Assembly (NCBI RefSeq): GCF_009914755.1
Contig: NC_060934.1
Reading direction: 5' to 3' (one strand)
Source of the DNA: the human T2T-CHM13v2.0 reference genome, Homo sapiens
DNA length: 64,000 nt
Numbering within the stretch: position 1 is the stretch's first letter; the number at the start of each line of letters is the position of its first letter. A program made the translations under genes and the position numbers. The notes beneath the pieces were generated by a model that did not search any database, had not been told where the DNA came from, and worked only from the letters and a program-made list of their open reading frames with translations. Positions 41,897-56,941 of this stretch are shown one piece after another.

Positions 41897-44030
41897 TATA
41901 TCCCAACACATTGCCAACACATGTTTCTTGGGTGATGCATTATGAATGCATTATCCAAGGATTTATCTAATCTTTGTTTGAGGTGGTTGTTACTTTCAGG
42001 TTCTTAGGGTAATGAGTTTGGAAAGTTGTAATTTAAGCTGTACTTCCTTTTTCATTCCCAAACCATGACTTTTCTTTTTTTTAAATAATAGAGACAGGGT
42101 CTCACTATGTTGGCCAGGTTAATCTTGAACTCCTGGCCTCAAGCAGTCCTCCTGCTCAGCCTCCCAAAGTTCTCAGATTACAGGCATGAGCCACTGCACC
42201 TAATAGCAGAATCAATCTGCTATTGATTCAATACATTCTCAGAATCATAGTCCAACCTTGTTTTGGCATGGTTTTATGGGGAATTAAATGCATGAGATCT
42301 TTACAAGCTGTGTTACTATGTCTCTGTGTGTCTTTTTGTAAACGGTTCTTTTCCTGTTCAAATATATTTTAAAACATAACCTTTAGAAATCTACCTTTGC
42401 AAACAGAAGTTTGAGAAGTAGCAGCAATGTCACAGAGCCTTTAGTCAATCTAAGTCCTTAGTTGATGTAAGTCATAATCATTGTGTCAGCTGCCCATAAT
42501 TGAGCTGAGGAGAACATTTGAATCAGTATGTTTAACAACATAGGGAACTAATAATTGTTAAAGGTTATCAGTAGCTATTGATAATACATTAAGTGATAAT
42601 GTATAAATAGTATTTTTAAAGTGAGGATAAACACTGAACATTCAGCATTACAGTACCTTCACAAGACATACTGGTAGTACCTTAATTAAATCACATGTTT
42701 TTAGGATGACTCATTTTCTGGTTGTTGGAGACTCTTAAGGGATCTGCTTTCATTCACAAAATAGCATCCACACATTCTTTCTTTGGTAAGTCTGAAATAC
42801 AGGTTGATTTTAGGTCAGTGTTCCCTGATATTTTTTTCTTTTAAGTTATTTTATTTTAATTTCAGTTTCCTTCAAGTTTACCCTTGCATTTTTTTAACTT
42901 GATAGTGGGATACTTTAAAATACTAAGCCAATTTTCTTTATGAATCTCATTCTTTGAAACAGCTTTTCACTTTGAAGTTAACACTGAATTTCAAATTTTA
43001 CAATTTCTGCAATGTCAATATGTACGATTTGAAGCAGTTATCTAACTGAAATGTTAGGAAATTTAAAACATGCCATCATGCTCTCAATTTTAGTAATTTG
43101 CAGGTATAATATTGATGTTTCACAGTATCATTATATATTGTTTTTATGCCAGATATAAACATTGTCTTATTTCCAGCTTAAAGAATGTCCCTTCCCCCAG
43201 GGAGCAACTGTGGTGGGTGGACCCGGGAGTTGAGCAGAGTAACAGTCTCTTTTCTAGGCAGGGACTTCCAGAATTCATCTGTGTAGCTGTGTCATTTACT
43301 CCCATTTGCACCTTTCAAATACTTTTCTTGAAGAAGCAGCCCTCATCCCCCAACATCTAACTAATTTAGTATTATATTTATTTCTCCTAACAAATTACAT
43401 CGCCTAAAATTCTGTGGGCCAGGCGCAGTGGCTCATGCCTGTAATCCCAGCCACTTTGGGAGGCTGAAGTGGGCAGATCACCTGAGGTCAGGAGTTTGAG
43501 ACCTGCCTGGCCAACATGGTGAAACACTGTCTCTACTGAAAATACAAAAATTAGGCGGGTGTGGTGGCGAGCGCCGGTAATCCCAGCTTCTCTGTTAATA
43601 ACTCTAAAATGAGGAAAGGAAAATACCAATTCTTAGCTCATCTGTGCTTTGATTTAGCTCTCAAAATCTTGTTTTTGAAAGTGATATCAAAAGACAGTTT
43701 TGGGGACAGCAAAAGGTGAGGGATATATCCCAACACATTGCCATATTTCTTGGGTGATGCATTATGAATGCATTATGAATGCATCACCCAAGGATTTATC
43801 TAATCTTTGTTTGAGGTGGTTGTTACTTTCAGGTTCTTAAGGTAATGAGTTTGGAAAGTTGTAATTTAAGCTGTACTTTTTCATTCCCAAACCATGACTT
43901 TTCTATTTTTTAAATAATAGAGATGGGGTCTCACTATGTTGGCCAGGTTAGTCTTGAACTTCTGGCCTCAAGCAGTCCTCCTGCCTCAACCTCCCAAAGT
44001 TCTCGGATTACAGGCATGAGCCACTGCACC
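41897..44030 (+). repeat. About 305-bp dispersed direct duplication (41897-42200 and 43724-44030)
   Basis: Unique sequence plus a FLAM shared between copies, with about 9 substitutions and about 4 small indels by eye. Confidence 0.95.
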
Positions 44031-44959
44031 CAGCCCAAACCATGACTTTTAAATGTGTAGGTTTCCTGTACTGGTATTAAGTGGTATACAGTTAAGTCTA
44101 TACCTTTCATAGTTGTATTCATTTCCATCAGGTCCTCCTAGGCTGAAATGTCCTAATTACACTGTGGGACCTTTCATGAAAGTCCTTTTGTTTAGTTGTC
44201 CTCTGTTCCTTTTTGAGTTGCTTTGGGTCTTTTCTTGAGATGTGACAGTTAGGACTTTATGCTTCATATAGAGAATCAACAATTTTGTGTTTGGATATTG
44301 TAGAGTTTAAGAACCAATTTCTAATTTCCTTCATGATGATCAAAACTTTGTGGCCGTCTTGCTGTGCTGGAATTAGATCCCTTTTTAAATAAAAATGTCT
44401 AGAAATTTTTAATTTTTTTAGAGACAGGGTCTTGCTCTGCCACCCAGGCTGGAATGTGGGATAGCTCACTGCAGCCTCGAACTCCTGGGCTCGGGTGATC
44501 CTCCCGCCTCAGCCTCCTGAGTAGCTAGGATTACATGTGGGCACCACCACACCTGGCTAATTTTTTTACAACATTTTTTATAGAGACAGAGTCTTGCTAT
44601 GTTGTCCAGGCTGGTCTCAAACCCCTGGGCTCAAGTGATCCTCCTCTCTGGGCCCCCCAAAGTGCTGGGATTACAGACATGAGCCACTGTGCCTGGCCTG
44701 GAAATTAAGTTTCTTTTCTAGGTGGTATCTTTAATCTTTTAAATATTCTTGTGGTTACTTTTTGAAGTGTATTTCCTTCTGCTAGTTTAGACCAGCTTTT
44801 ATGCCGCCTCCCTATATTATGAGATCTTTATGCAGTTTGTATTACTTTATTATGTGAGAGTTTAAAGTTGTATGTGCTACAGGCATCATCTTTCAGTCAG
44901 ACTAAGACCAAGTTACTAATACAGGTCCTTCCCAGTGACCTATATATAATCATTTAGAC

Positions 44960-45123
44960 CAGTGATTCTCAAGCTGGCTGTACAGTAGAATCACCAGGGG
45001 GAGATTTAAAGAATACCTATTCCAGGGCCCCGCCCTAACCAATTGAGACCATCTCTGATGCTCAGGGATTAGTATTATAAAGCTCCTAGATGATGATAAT
45101 GAGCAGCCAGCACTGATAACCCT
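44960..45123. mobile_element. MER5A-like hAT DNA transposon relic
   Basis: CAGTGATTCTCAAGCTGGCTG...AGAATCACC...GCAGCCAGCACTGATAACCCTG. Confidence 0.65.
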
Positions 45124-46442
45124 GAATTAGATTTAAGACTGGGAAATCACCAGCTGCTAGAACTTCTAAATTGGATTAGCTCTTTAGCTTGTGGAATGCT
45201 GGAGAATAATTACCATTAGACAGTTCAAGGAAATGTGTATCAAACTTTGCATTTATAAGATAGCACCTGAATCAAATTATTCCTTACCCAATTCTGAGAA
45301 TTAAAGCATAAATGAGCTAACAATTGGAACTTTTAGTTTCTCATTCTAAAACCCTTTTCCTTATCTGTTTGATTTTGTGTTGGTGATTGTCTTTTTAGAG
45401 CCGTAATATCCTTTGTCTTTAGCAGGAAATGAAATATGGGTCTGATTATTTATGCATACTCTGATACCTTTTTTTTTTCTTTTAAGACACAGTGAAAGTG
45501 CCTATAGGCTTCAGCAGCTGTGCTTTAAAACCCAGGCTTGTTCTTGGGCTGAGGGAGTGCCTTCATTCTTCCATCTTGGAATGAGTGACTCATGCTCTGT
45601 GCAGGCACACAGTACTTAATCACTTGTTTTCTGTGTACCAGGAAGAGGAGGGCATATGAAAATAGAAGCCATGTACTGCCAAATGGATCTGAAATAAGAG
45701 TGAAAATGTTGACCTGATGGGTCAAACAATTGAGCTTATTGCAAATACTTATGACTTAGGGTGTATGTTGCATTATTATTTCACTAAAATTTGGCATTAT
45801 TTCAAAAAGGCTATACTTTTGTAATTTGTAAGCAACTCTTTTCCTTATAGATAACGTTGATGATCTTAAATTTTACAATTTATTTGTGAATTTTAAATTT
45901 TTCTTTTTTTGAATTTGTATGCCACATTAGAGTATACCTTCTGAAGGAAAGATTAGAAAACAATACATTTGTTGGATTAGATCAGTTACATGGTTATTCT
46001 TTGCAGAAGGATAGTATGAGCCCGCTGGCCATTTTCTCTGCCATTCCAGTGCCTTCTGCCCCCAGAGTAGCCATTAATATGATCAGTAGGATATCTACTA
46101 CTAAGGGCATTTGCTGCATATGCCTGGAATAATACTGTCTACACATGTCCTCTGTACAGACAGACTCTTTAATGCCAACTTGTTTTATTTCTTTAGTGAA
46201 GAGCCACAGATTTTAAATACACACACACACACACACACATTTTGAAGTGTCAGCTGTATGCCAGGCGCTATACCAGGCAGCGAAGTCAGAGCAGCTCGAC
46301 ACAACACACACAGTCTCCCTTCTTGTGTCAGTTACAGTACCTGCTTCAGGCCTTCCTCTATTGTTTTGTGTTTCTTATCTCTATATTAGTATGAGAAGTT
46401 TTGTGTACCTGCTAGAGTTTTCAAGATAATATAAAAATTTCA

Positions 46443-46786
<344 letters not shown>

Positions 46787-48084
46787 TCATTTTGAGCAAC
46801 CATATTCTAATCATGTGTAATATTTATTGAAAGATAAATGCTTTTATTATTAAAAGCACCTGAAATTAAAAATCCAAGCTCATTCCTGGTTTGTATAAAA
46901 GAAGAAAATAAATACATAAATAAAAGTGCCTGCATAGCAAAGACTGATATTTTGGGGCTAACTTCAAAAACAATAAAAACTTTAGATGGTATTCTTATTA
47001 CACGTCAATGAAAACAAGCAATTGGTAGGAAAAACATTTTTATTATTTGATGCTTATTTTTTAAATTTTGTTCAATAACTATTGAATGAGTGCCTGTTAT
47101 GCTGGACTGCAGGTATGTAGTGGTAAACTGTAAATAGCCATAGAATTAAATAAACTGATGGAGGGATTCAGACTTAATAGTCTGTCTGTATTTATTTCTT
47201 TATTTTTTTTGAGATAGGGTCTTCATTTGCCACCCAGGCTGGAGTGCAGTGGCGTGATCATGGGTCACTGCATCCTTGACCTCCTGGGCTCAGGTGATCC
47301 TCCCACTTTAGCCTTCTAGGTGGCTGGAACTACAGGTGCCTGGCTAATTTTTTGTATTTTTTTGTAGAGACGGTGTTTTGCCATGTTGCCCAGACTGGTC
47401 TTGAACTCCTGGGCTCAAGCAATCTGCCTGTCTCAGCCTCCCAAAGTGTTGGTTTACAGGTGTAAGCTACCACACCCAGTCAGTAGTCTGTCTTTTCATT
47501 GGTTAGTTGAAACTGTTTACATTTATTGTAACTACACATGTATTAGAAGTTATTTCTACCTTTTATTTATGTTTTCCATTTATTATGCTTTTCTTAATTT
47601 TTTCCCCCTATTTTCTATTGGATAACTGAAATTTTGTCAGGTATTGTTGCCATTAAAATTTACACTTTCTATTTATATTCTTCTGTAGTTTCCCCAGCCT
47701 TAGGACCTTGTACTTACTCACATATGGAACTGGAGTTTACCAGTATCCATGTCTTTCCCAAGCATGTTTTTACCTCCCTTGAGATTCTGCCTTTTCTAGA
47801 TTCTCCCTCTCTCCTGTGTATGTAGCGGGTGTGGGGGCAGGGCAGGAAGTTGGCAGTCATGCTCGATTTACCATTTGGACCAGAATTTGGTTGTTGGGAC
47901 TGAATGCTGGATGCCCAGTTTTATGCTGTATCAGAGCTGCAGGTCAATGTTTCCCATTCTGAGAAAATAGAATTCTGGGGCATATCTAGGCATTAAGATA
48001 TTTGCGTGAAGCATTTATTACTCTGAGAAGGCTTTCAGGAATTATGGTCCTACCATGAGGTTTAATAATTGAAAAATGTATTGA

Positions 48085-48417
<333 letters not shown>

Positions 48418-48709
48418 TGAAGCCATATGAAGACCCTTAAATTATGGAGAGGTTACTGAATGGTAGGAGCCTGGAGTTTTAAATACATACACATTTCTCA
48501 ACTTGATGTGAAAGTTACTAACATTTATTATGTGACGGATGCTGGGCACTTTTCACATAATCCTCATGAAAACCTGGGACTACAGGTGTCCGGCTAAGTT
48601 AGATGGAATTCTGTTTACGAAGGAGGAAACTGAAGCTGAGAGGGGTTCAGAGACTGTAGTAGAGCTAGGATTCTTCACCCAGGACACCAAATGCAGACTA
48701 CATCTATAG

Positions 48710-49439
<730 letters not shown>

Positions 49440-50264
49440 TAGTCAGATCTCAGCTCACTGCAACCTCCGCCTCCCAGGTTCAAGTGATTCTCCCACCTGG
49501 TGCTCCCAAGTAGCTGGGATTACAGGTGCTTGCCACCACGCCTGGCTAATTTTTGCATTTTTAGTAGAGATGGGGTTTCCTCATGTTGGCCAGACTGGTC
49601 TCGAACTCCTGGCCTCAAGTTCTTCAGCCTCATTCTGGTCTCCCAAAATGCTGGGTTTACAGGCATAGAGCCACTGCGCCCGGCCCGACGACAGCTTTTT
49701 ATTTGTTATTTTACTTATTTATTTATTTATTTATTTATTTTTTGAGACAGAGTCTCGCTCTGTTGTCCAGGCTGGAGTGCAGTGGCGCGATCTCAGCTCA
49801 CTGCAACCTCTGCCTCCCGGGTTCAAGCAATTCTCTGCTTTAGTTTCCCGAGTAGCTGGGATTACAGGCACTCGCCACCATGCCTGGTTAATTTTTTTTG
49901 TATTTTTAGTAGAGACAGGGTTTCACCATCTTGGCCAGGCTGGTCTTGAACTCCTGACCTCGTGATCCACCTGCCTTGGCCTCCCAAAGTGCTGGCATTA
50001 CAGGCATGAGGCACTGCGCCTGGCCAGACAACAGCTTTTTAAATGATCAAGATGGTGAAGGTCTTGGCCCTGGGCAAGGATAGTAGCAGTAGGGGTCAAG
50101 AGAAGTGAAAGATTCATCAGTTATTGAGGAGATACCTCCAATAGGACTTGGCAAGAAAAAAAGGCATTTTGGAGTACCTGGGATGATGGTGGTGAGCTGA
50201 AAGCCCCATACAAACATGAGAGAATTGCACCAGAAAGAATCTGGTAGAGAAACTTATGGTGTTA

Positions 50265-50648
<384 letters not shown>

Positions 50649-53170
50649 TTACTTTACCTATGCCAGCTTTAATGTCTTTGTCTCAAATAGACCAGATGAG
50701 ATGACTTGACTTTTGCCACCTTAAGTAGTAAATCCTTCCAACTTGATTCTGTGATGACTTTAGCTTTTGCCACTTTAAGTAGTAAATCCTTCCAGCGTGA
50801 TTCTGTGCAAATGATCTGATTTCAACTTGCCTCCCCCCTTTCTACATCATATGTTTACCTATCCATTTGGGAGCCTTCTGTGTACCATGCACTGGGAACA
50901 GAAGCTCGAGGAGACAAGGTCTAAGTGAGCTTCCTCTTCCTCATGAGTTCCTGTTCAGTCAAGGAGACAGGCAAGTCAGTAATGACATGCACTAAACCAA
51001 AGTAAGATGCCGTGATGGGAATATGCACAGGGTTTAGGGGATCCACACGAGAGAGTCTGGTCAGCTCTGCTGGGTGTGGGTGGAGTGGGGAATGTGTCCG
51101 GGAAGAGGACTGACCCTTGTTCTAAGTCTAGAATGAAGGGCAGGCAGAAGTGGGTGGGGAGTCGGATTCCAGGCCCAGGCTGCACATAGTTCAGGATGAC
51201 TGAAGGCTAGGTTGCTGGGGGCGGGGGGCGGGGGCGGGGATGGAAAGGACTAGCCTATGCAGGGTCTCACAAGCCTTTCCAAGGAATTTGGACTTTATTC
51301 CCAAGGCTGTGGGAGGTGGACAGGTAGTTAGCAATATTCATATTTATCCCTTTTTAATGCCTAATGTGTTTCTTTCACAATATTAATGTTATACCAACTA
51401 GACTTTAGGGCAAAAAGTATTATTTGAAATAAAACCAGTTATTACGTCCTGATAAGCAGAGCAGTTCACCAGGAAAATATAATAATCTTGAGAGATATAA
51501 AAATAAGGAAGAAAATAAAGCATGAGATTTTAAAAAGTAAGACCTCTCTCAAAAACTAACAGGTGAAGCAGTCAGAAAAATTAGCAAGTACGTAGAGGGG
51601 TTGAACAAAATAATTCACAAGGCTGTACCAGAAACAAAAGTTTCATTAAATATTTCTCCATACACTGTGGTTTTTGTTTTCTCTTCTATTCTGTTTTAGT
51701 GCTATTAATGCTGATCTCTTTATAAGAAATTGATTTGATGACCCACTGATGGATTGACTCCCCCCCTTTTTCTTGACAACACTGAGTTAAAAAATATACA
51801 TGCATTTCAAGCACACATAGAACACTTGCAAATTGACTTGTCAAATTCCTTTCCCACACCTAGCCTCCAGTGCCCCATTATCCTCCATCCTTCCCCTTGC
51901 TAAAACAAAGACGACTTTGACTCCTGTTTTTACTGAGTCAAGGGCATAGGATACACGCATCTGCTTCTCTTCTCCATTTCTGTGTTTAGCCTTTCATCTT
52001 TTTTTCCAGACTTAGAAGAAAAAAATAGTATCTTCTTTCCTTTCCAAGGTTAGCTTTTATACCTGTAGCATTTTTTTTGTCATCTGTCTTCTTTTCCTTC
52101 TTCATCATCTTATCTCTTTCTTGTTTTTGTTTTATTTTGAGATGGAGTCTCGCTCTGTCCCCCAGGCTGGAGTGCAGTGGCACCATCAGAGCTCACTGCA
52201 GCCTCAAATTCCTGGGCTCAAGTGATCCTCCTGCCTCAGCCTCCTGAGTAGCTGGGACTACAGGTGCGTGCCGCCACACCTGGTTAATATTTTGTAGAGG
52301 CAGGGGATCTTGCTGTCTTGCCCAAGCTGGTCTCAAACCCCTGACCTCAAGTAATCATCCTGCTTCAGCCTCGTAAAATGCTGGGATTACAGGCATGAGC
52401 CACTGAGCCTAGTCCCTCCTCTCGTTCTTAAATCCAGTTATTTCTTCTTGATCATCTCATCATGAACTCAGTCTTATGGGTTTAACTGGTTTTCATTCTT
52501 GACTACTAATGACTATTGTTTTTAGTCATTAGACCACAACACAGACATTTTTATAGTTTTTTTTCTATTTTTTTTTAAGTCGAAATCTTATTTTCTTGAC
52601 TGGATGATGCATTTACATGGTTCACAATGCCAAAGATGGAAAAGGGTATTGAATGAGGAGGTTCTCATCGGCCCTTCCTTTCAGCTGCTGTATACGCTAT
52701 CCTTTCTGCCATGCTCCCTCTTGTTCTTTCCCATTCAGGAGAGAATAGGTGTCTCAGTGAGTGTCATCTTTGATTTCCCCTCTCCCTATCCTCCACATAG
52801 CTTCTTTTGAGGACTTTCATGTTCATCTCCTCCTGTGGATTCTTCACCCACTACCAGCTCACTCCCTAAGCTCTTTTTCTTTTTTTGTTTTTTGTTTTTA
52901 AATCTTTTTTTGTTATTTTTTCTTTTTTTTTTCTCGATCTCTTTTTTTCCATGACCTTTCATGTCATTTCAAGCCAAGACTTTTGCAGTAACCCAAGTGG
53001 GTTTCTTACTCCCAATCTCCACCTCTTTTCAAATACTATTTCATGAAACTTTTGTTTCTGGTACTTACATACATCTATGAGTTCACTAGGTGTTGATGTA
53101 GAAGTATCTCTTACAATGGACCTTCTGAACGACTGAAAACACGATTTAACTTTTGGGTAAGGTTTCCTAG

Positions 53171-53488
<318 letters not shown>

Positions 53489-54339
53489 TGAACTCCTGAC
53501 CTGTGATCCGCCCGCCTTGGCCTCCCAAAGTGCTGGGATTACATGTGTGAGCCACCGTGCCCGACCAGGCTCATTACTGTTTATTCAAGTTTTTCCACAG
53601 TTGGCCTTAGTTTACTTTTCTAGCATTATCAATTCATATCTCCAGTGTACCTACTGGTCTTCTGTTATTTACACTGTTTGCTTCATTATTTTTGTATCAT
53701 CTTAACGTGATACAGTGTCTGGTTCCTGGCAAGTACTTGATATGTGTTTCTCCAATGATGGGACACATACCAGAACAAATCTTGTACTTTTTTGTCTGCT
53801 GTATTATTTTTCTTGCTGCTGTCCTTATGCCTGATGCGCCACTTCTTCTACATGACTCTCCGTGACTGCTTTAACTCTGTTTTTTCCTTCCTTTTCTGTA
53901 TTCCTAAAGCTTATTTGGTACCCAAGGGATAGAGTCCTACAACTGTGGTCTGTTCATCTAAGGTCAAGGTGGTAGGGTTCTGGGTAGCTGGAGCTCTTTC
54001 CTTAGCAGGGGCATCTGTGTTGGCAGATGTTGAGACATGGTCTGCCTGATACAGGGATTCTGGCTCACTATTTGGAAAGAAATCAGGGTATCTTTATTCC
54101 ACTGGCATTAGGGTTAAGTAGTTAACAACTAACAGAGATGAAATCAGTAAATACGGTAACTGATACTAAGGAACAGCTTTGTAAGCCAAAAGATATAAAA
54201 ATTAAAAACTGAAAATATTTGCAAACATGTCAAAGAGTTGAAGTCCTTAATGTGAAAGGAACTTGTAAGTCAATGAAAGATATAAAGAAAAATTAGGAGG
54301 CATGAACAAGAAAATCATAGAAGATGACATGACATATAA

Positions 54340-54654
<315 letters not shown>

Positions 54655-55489
54655 TAAGCAGCCAATTTTATAATTAAGTGTTTAATCTTATCAGCAATAG
54701 AAAGGAAATAAACATCATGTTAGGCAATAGATGCCAGATGCCATCAAATTAGCAAAATTAGATAAATTCTAAATTTTTAACTCAAAATTATTAATTTTTT
54801 TTTTTTGAGACAGAATCTTGCTCTGTCCCCCAGGCTGGAGTGCAGTGGTATGATCTCAGTTCACTGCAGCCTCCACTCCTGGTTCAAGCAATTCTCATGC
54901 CTCAGCCTCCCAAGAAGCTGGGATTACAGGCACGCACCACCACGCCCAGCTAATTTTTTGTGTATTTTTAGTAGAGATGGGGTTTTACCATGTTGGCCAG
55001 GCTGAACTCCTGGCCTCAAGCAATCCACCCAGCTTGGCCTCCCAAAGTGTTGGGGTTACAGGCATGAGCCACTGTGCCTGGCCTTGCTTTAAAAAAAAAT
55101 TTTTTTTAATTCAAAAAAGAAATTCATATGCTTCTGGCAGAAATCTAACTTGGTATGTAACCTTTGTAGCAAACAATTTGGTATTATTTGAGAAGTTTAC
55201 ATTTTTAAGGTTTTAACCTATTAATTTAATTCCCAGGAATCTATCCAAAAGCTATTAATTAGAGAGGCAAATATTTGCATAATATTCATCATTTATCACA
55301 GTGTTTTTTATGATGGGGGAAAAACTTCAAATCACTTAAATGTTTTCTTTGAGGAAGTACTTCCTTAAGTGGAAAATTGTGTCACCATGAAGTTATAATC
55401 TTGAAGAATATTTTAAAGAAGAAAATACTCATGAAATTTTAGAAAAACTATGTTAGAAATGTTAGAAAAAATTACTTAAAAAACTATAA

Positions 55490-56941
55490 TGTCATGGGAT
55501 CCTTAGGGTGTTGCTTTTCCACCTGGACACTTCTGTGGCCAGTGGCGATTTTGCCTGAGTTTTCCTCGGGTCCACTGGGCTTTTTCCACTGTCTTGGCTC
55601 GGCAAGCTGTGCTGGGCTTGCACTACCAGCCCGGATCCCATGCCTGCCAATGGCAAGCCAGGTGCGGAGTGGCGAGTGGTGTATGAGCGAGCGTGCACGG
55701 TCCAGACACTATGCACAGCCAGGTGTGCCAGCCGTGGCAGGGCAGGCAGCTCCAGGCACCGGTACAGGCACTGGCTTTGTGCAAGGCTGTGGCTGGACCA
55801 GGTGTACCACAAGCAGTTTCTGCTGCAGGTACTGGGGAATGCAGTGATGCCCGGAAGCTTGGAGATGCCAGGAACTGCAGAGCCCCACTGTCACAGCCCT
55901 GGCTCGGAGAGCCCCTAGGTCTGGTGTTCCCGAAGGGCCGCAGCCCTTTCCTCCTTGTTGCCCACAACCTGGTGAGCAGGGGGCGTGTTTTGGTCCTGTT
56001 TGTGTTACAGCTTTTTCAGTCCCACCATTCAGGGGTCCCGTGTCCAGGAAGAATGAGGTATGCAAGGTATGTGGACAACTGGAGGGGGAGCAAGGCAGAG
56101 AGCAGCTTCATTGAGCCCCAGAAGAGCTCTCAGGAGACCTGAAGTGGGTAGCTCCTTTTTGCAGGCAGGTCATCCAATGAGGAGACCCGAAGGGGGCAGC
56201 TCCCTCCCGCAGCTGGTGGTCTGGACATCTGTGAGTCTGGCTGAGTCCGGGATTTTTAATGGGCTCAGAATGGAGGAAGTGTGTGCTGATTGGTCCATGG
56301 GAGGCCACGGACGGCCTGGAGAAAGCACCCTGAGTTCTTACTCCAGCTCACGGACTCCACCCGGAACCTGCAGCTCAGACCCCAGGCTTCAGGTTGTCCC
56401 TGGCTTGAAGGTGGGGTTTTACCTGTGATCTGCCCCTTTCTGGACAGGAACCTGTGTCTGTCTGCCTCCACTGCCCAGGCTGTTTGGGCTGAGGGGTGCC
56501 TGCAGGCCCACTTGGAGCTGCCCTCACCCCTGCTGGCCTCTCTCCCACGCTTATCGGCACCCGAAGTCCAGAGGGGGCTGAGGCGGCAGGGAGCTGGTGT
56601 GACAGCAGTGTCCAAGCCTGTGCACACCCGACTCGGTCGTGACGGTCCCCAGGCTAGGCCACAACTTGCTCTGCACCAGAGCAGGTGCTGGGAGCAGGGA
56701 GAGAGGCCAGGGAGTGGGAGCAGGCACTTCCGAGCCTGTGGGGAAAGAGGGTCTTCCCGGGTAGCTGAGAGTACAGGAATGCCCAGGTCTGGAGCCTCTG
56801 CTGGCTGCAGCTGTGCCAGGAGCCCCGCCAACTTGGTAGGGGGCAGCGCTCCCGCTTGTTTTCTGCCCTGCTGGCTCCATGGAGGGCGCAGCCCTGGCCG
56901 CGCCTCCCCGGATGCATCCAGACAGGCTGCGGCTGCCATCA
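55490..56941 (-). mobile_element. Solo ERV1 LTR, MER52-like, antisense in INPP5F intron 1
   Basis: TG...CA termini with a 4-bp TSD ATAA (55486-55489 and 56942-56945). GC-rich body homologous to the copy at 2293-3255. Family and orientation are from recall. Confidence 0.8.
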
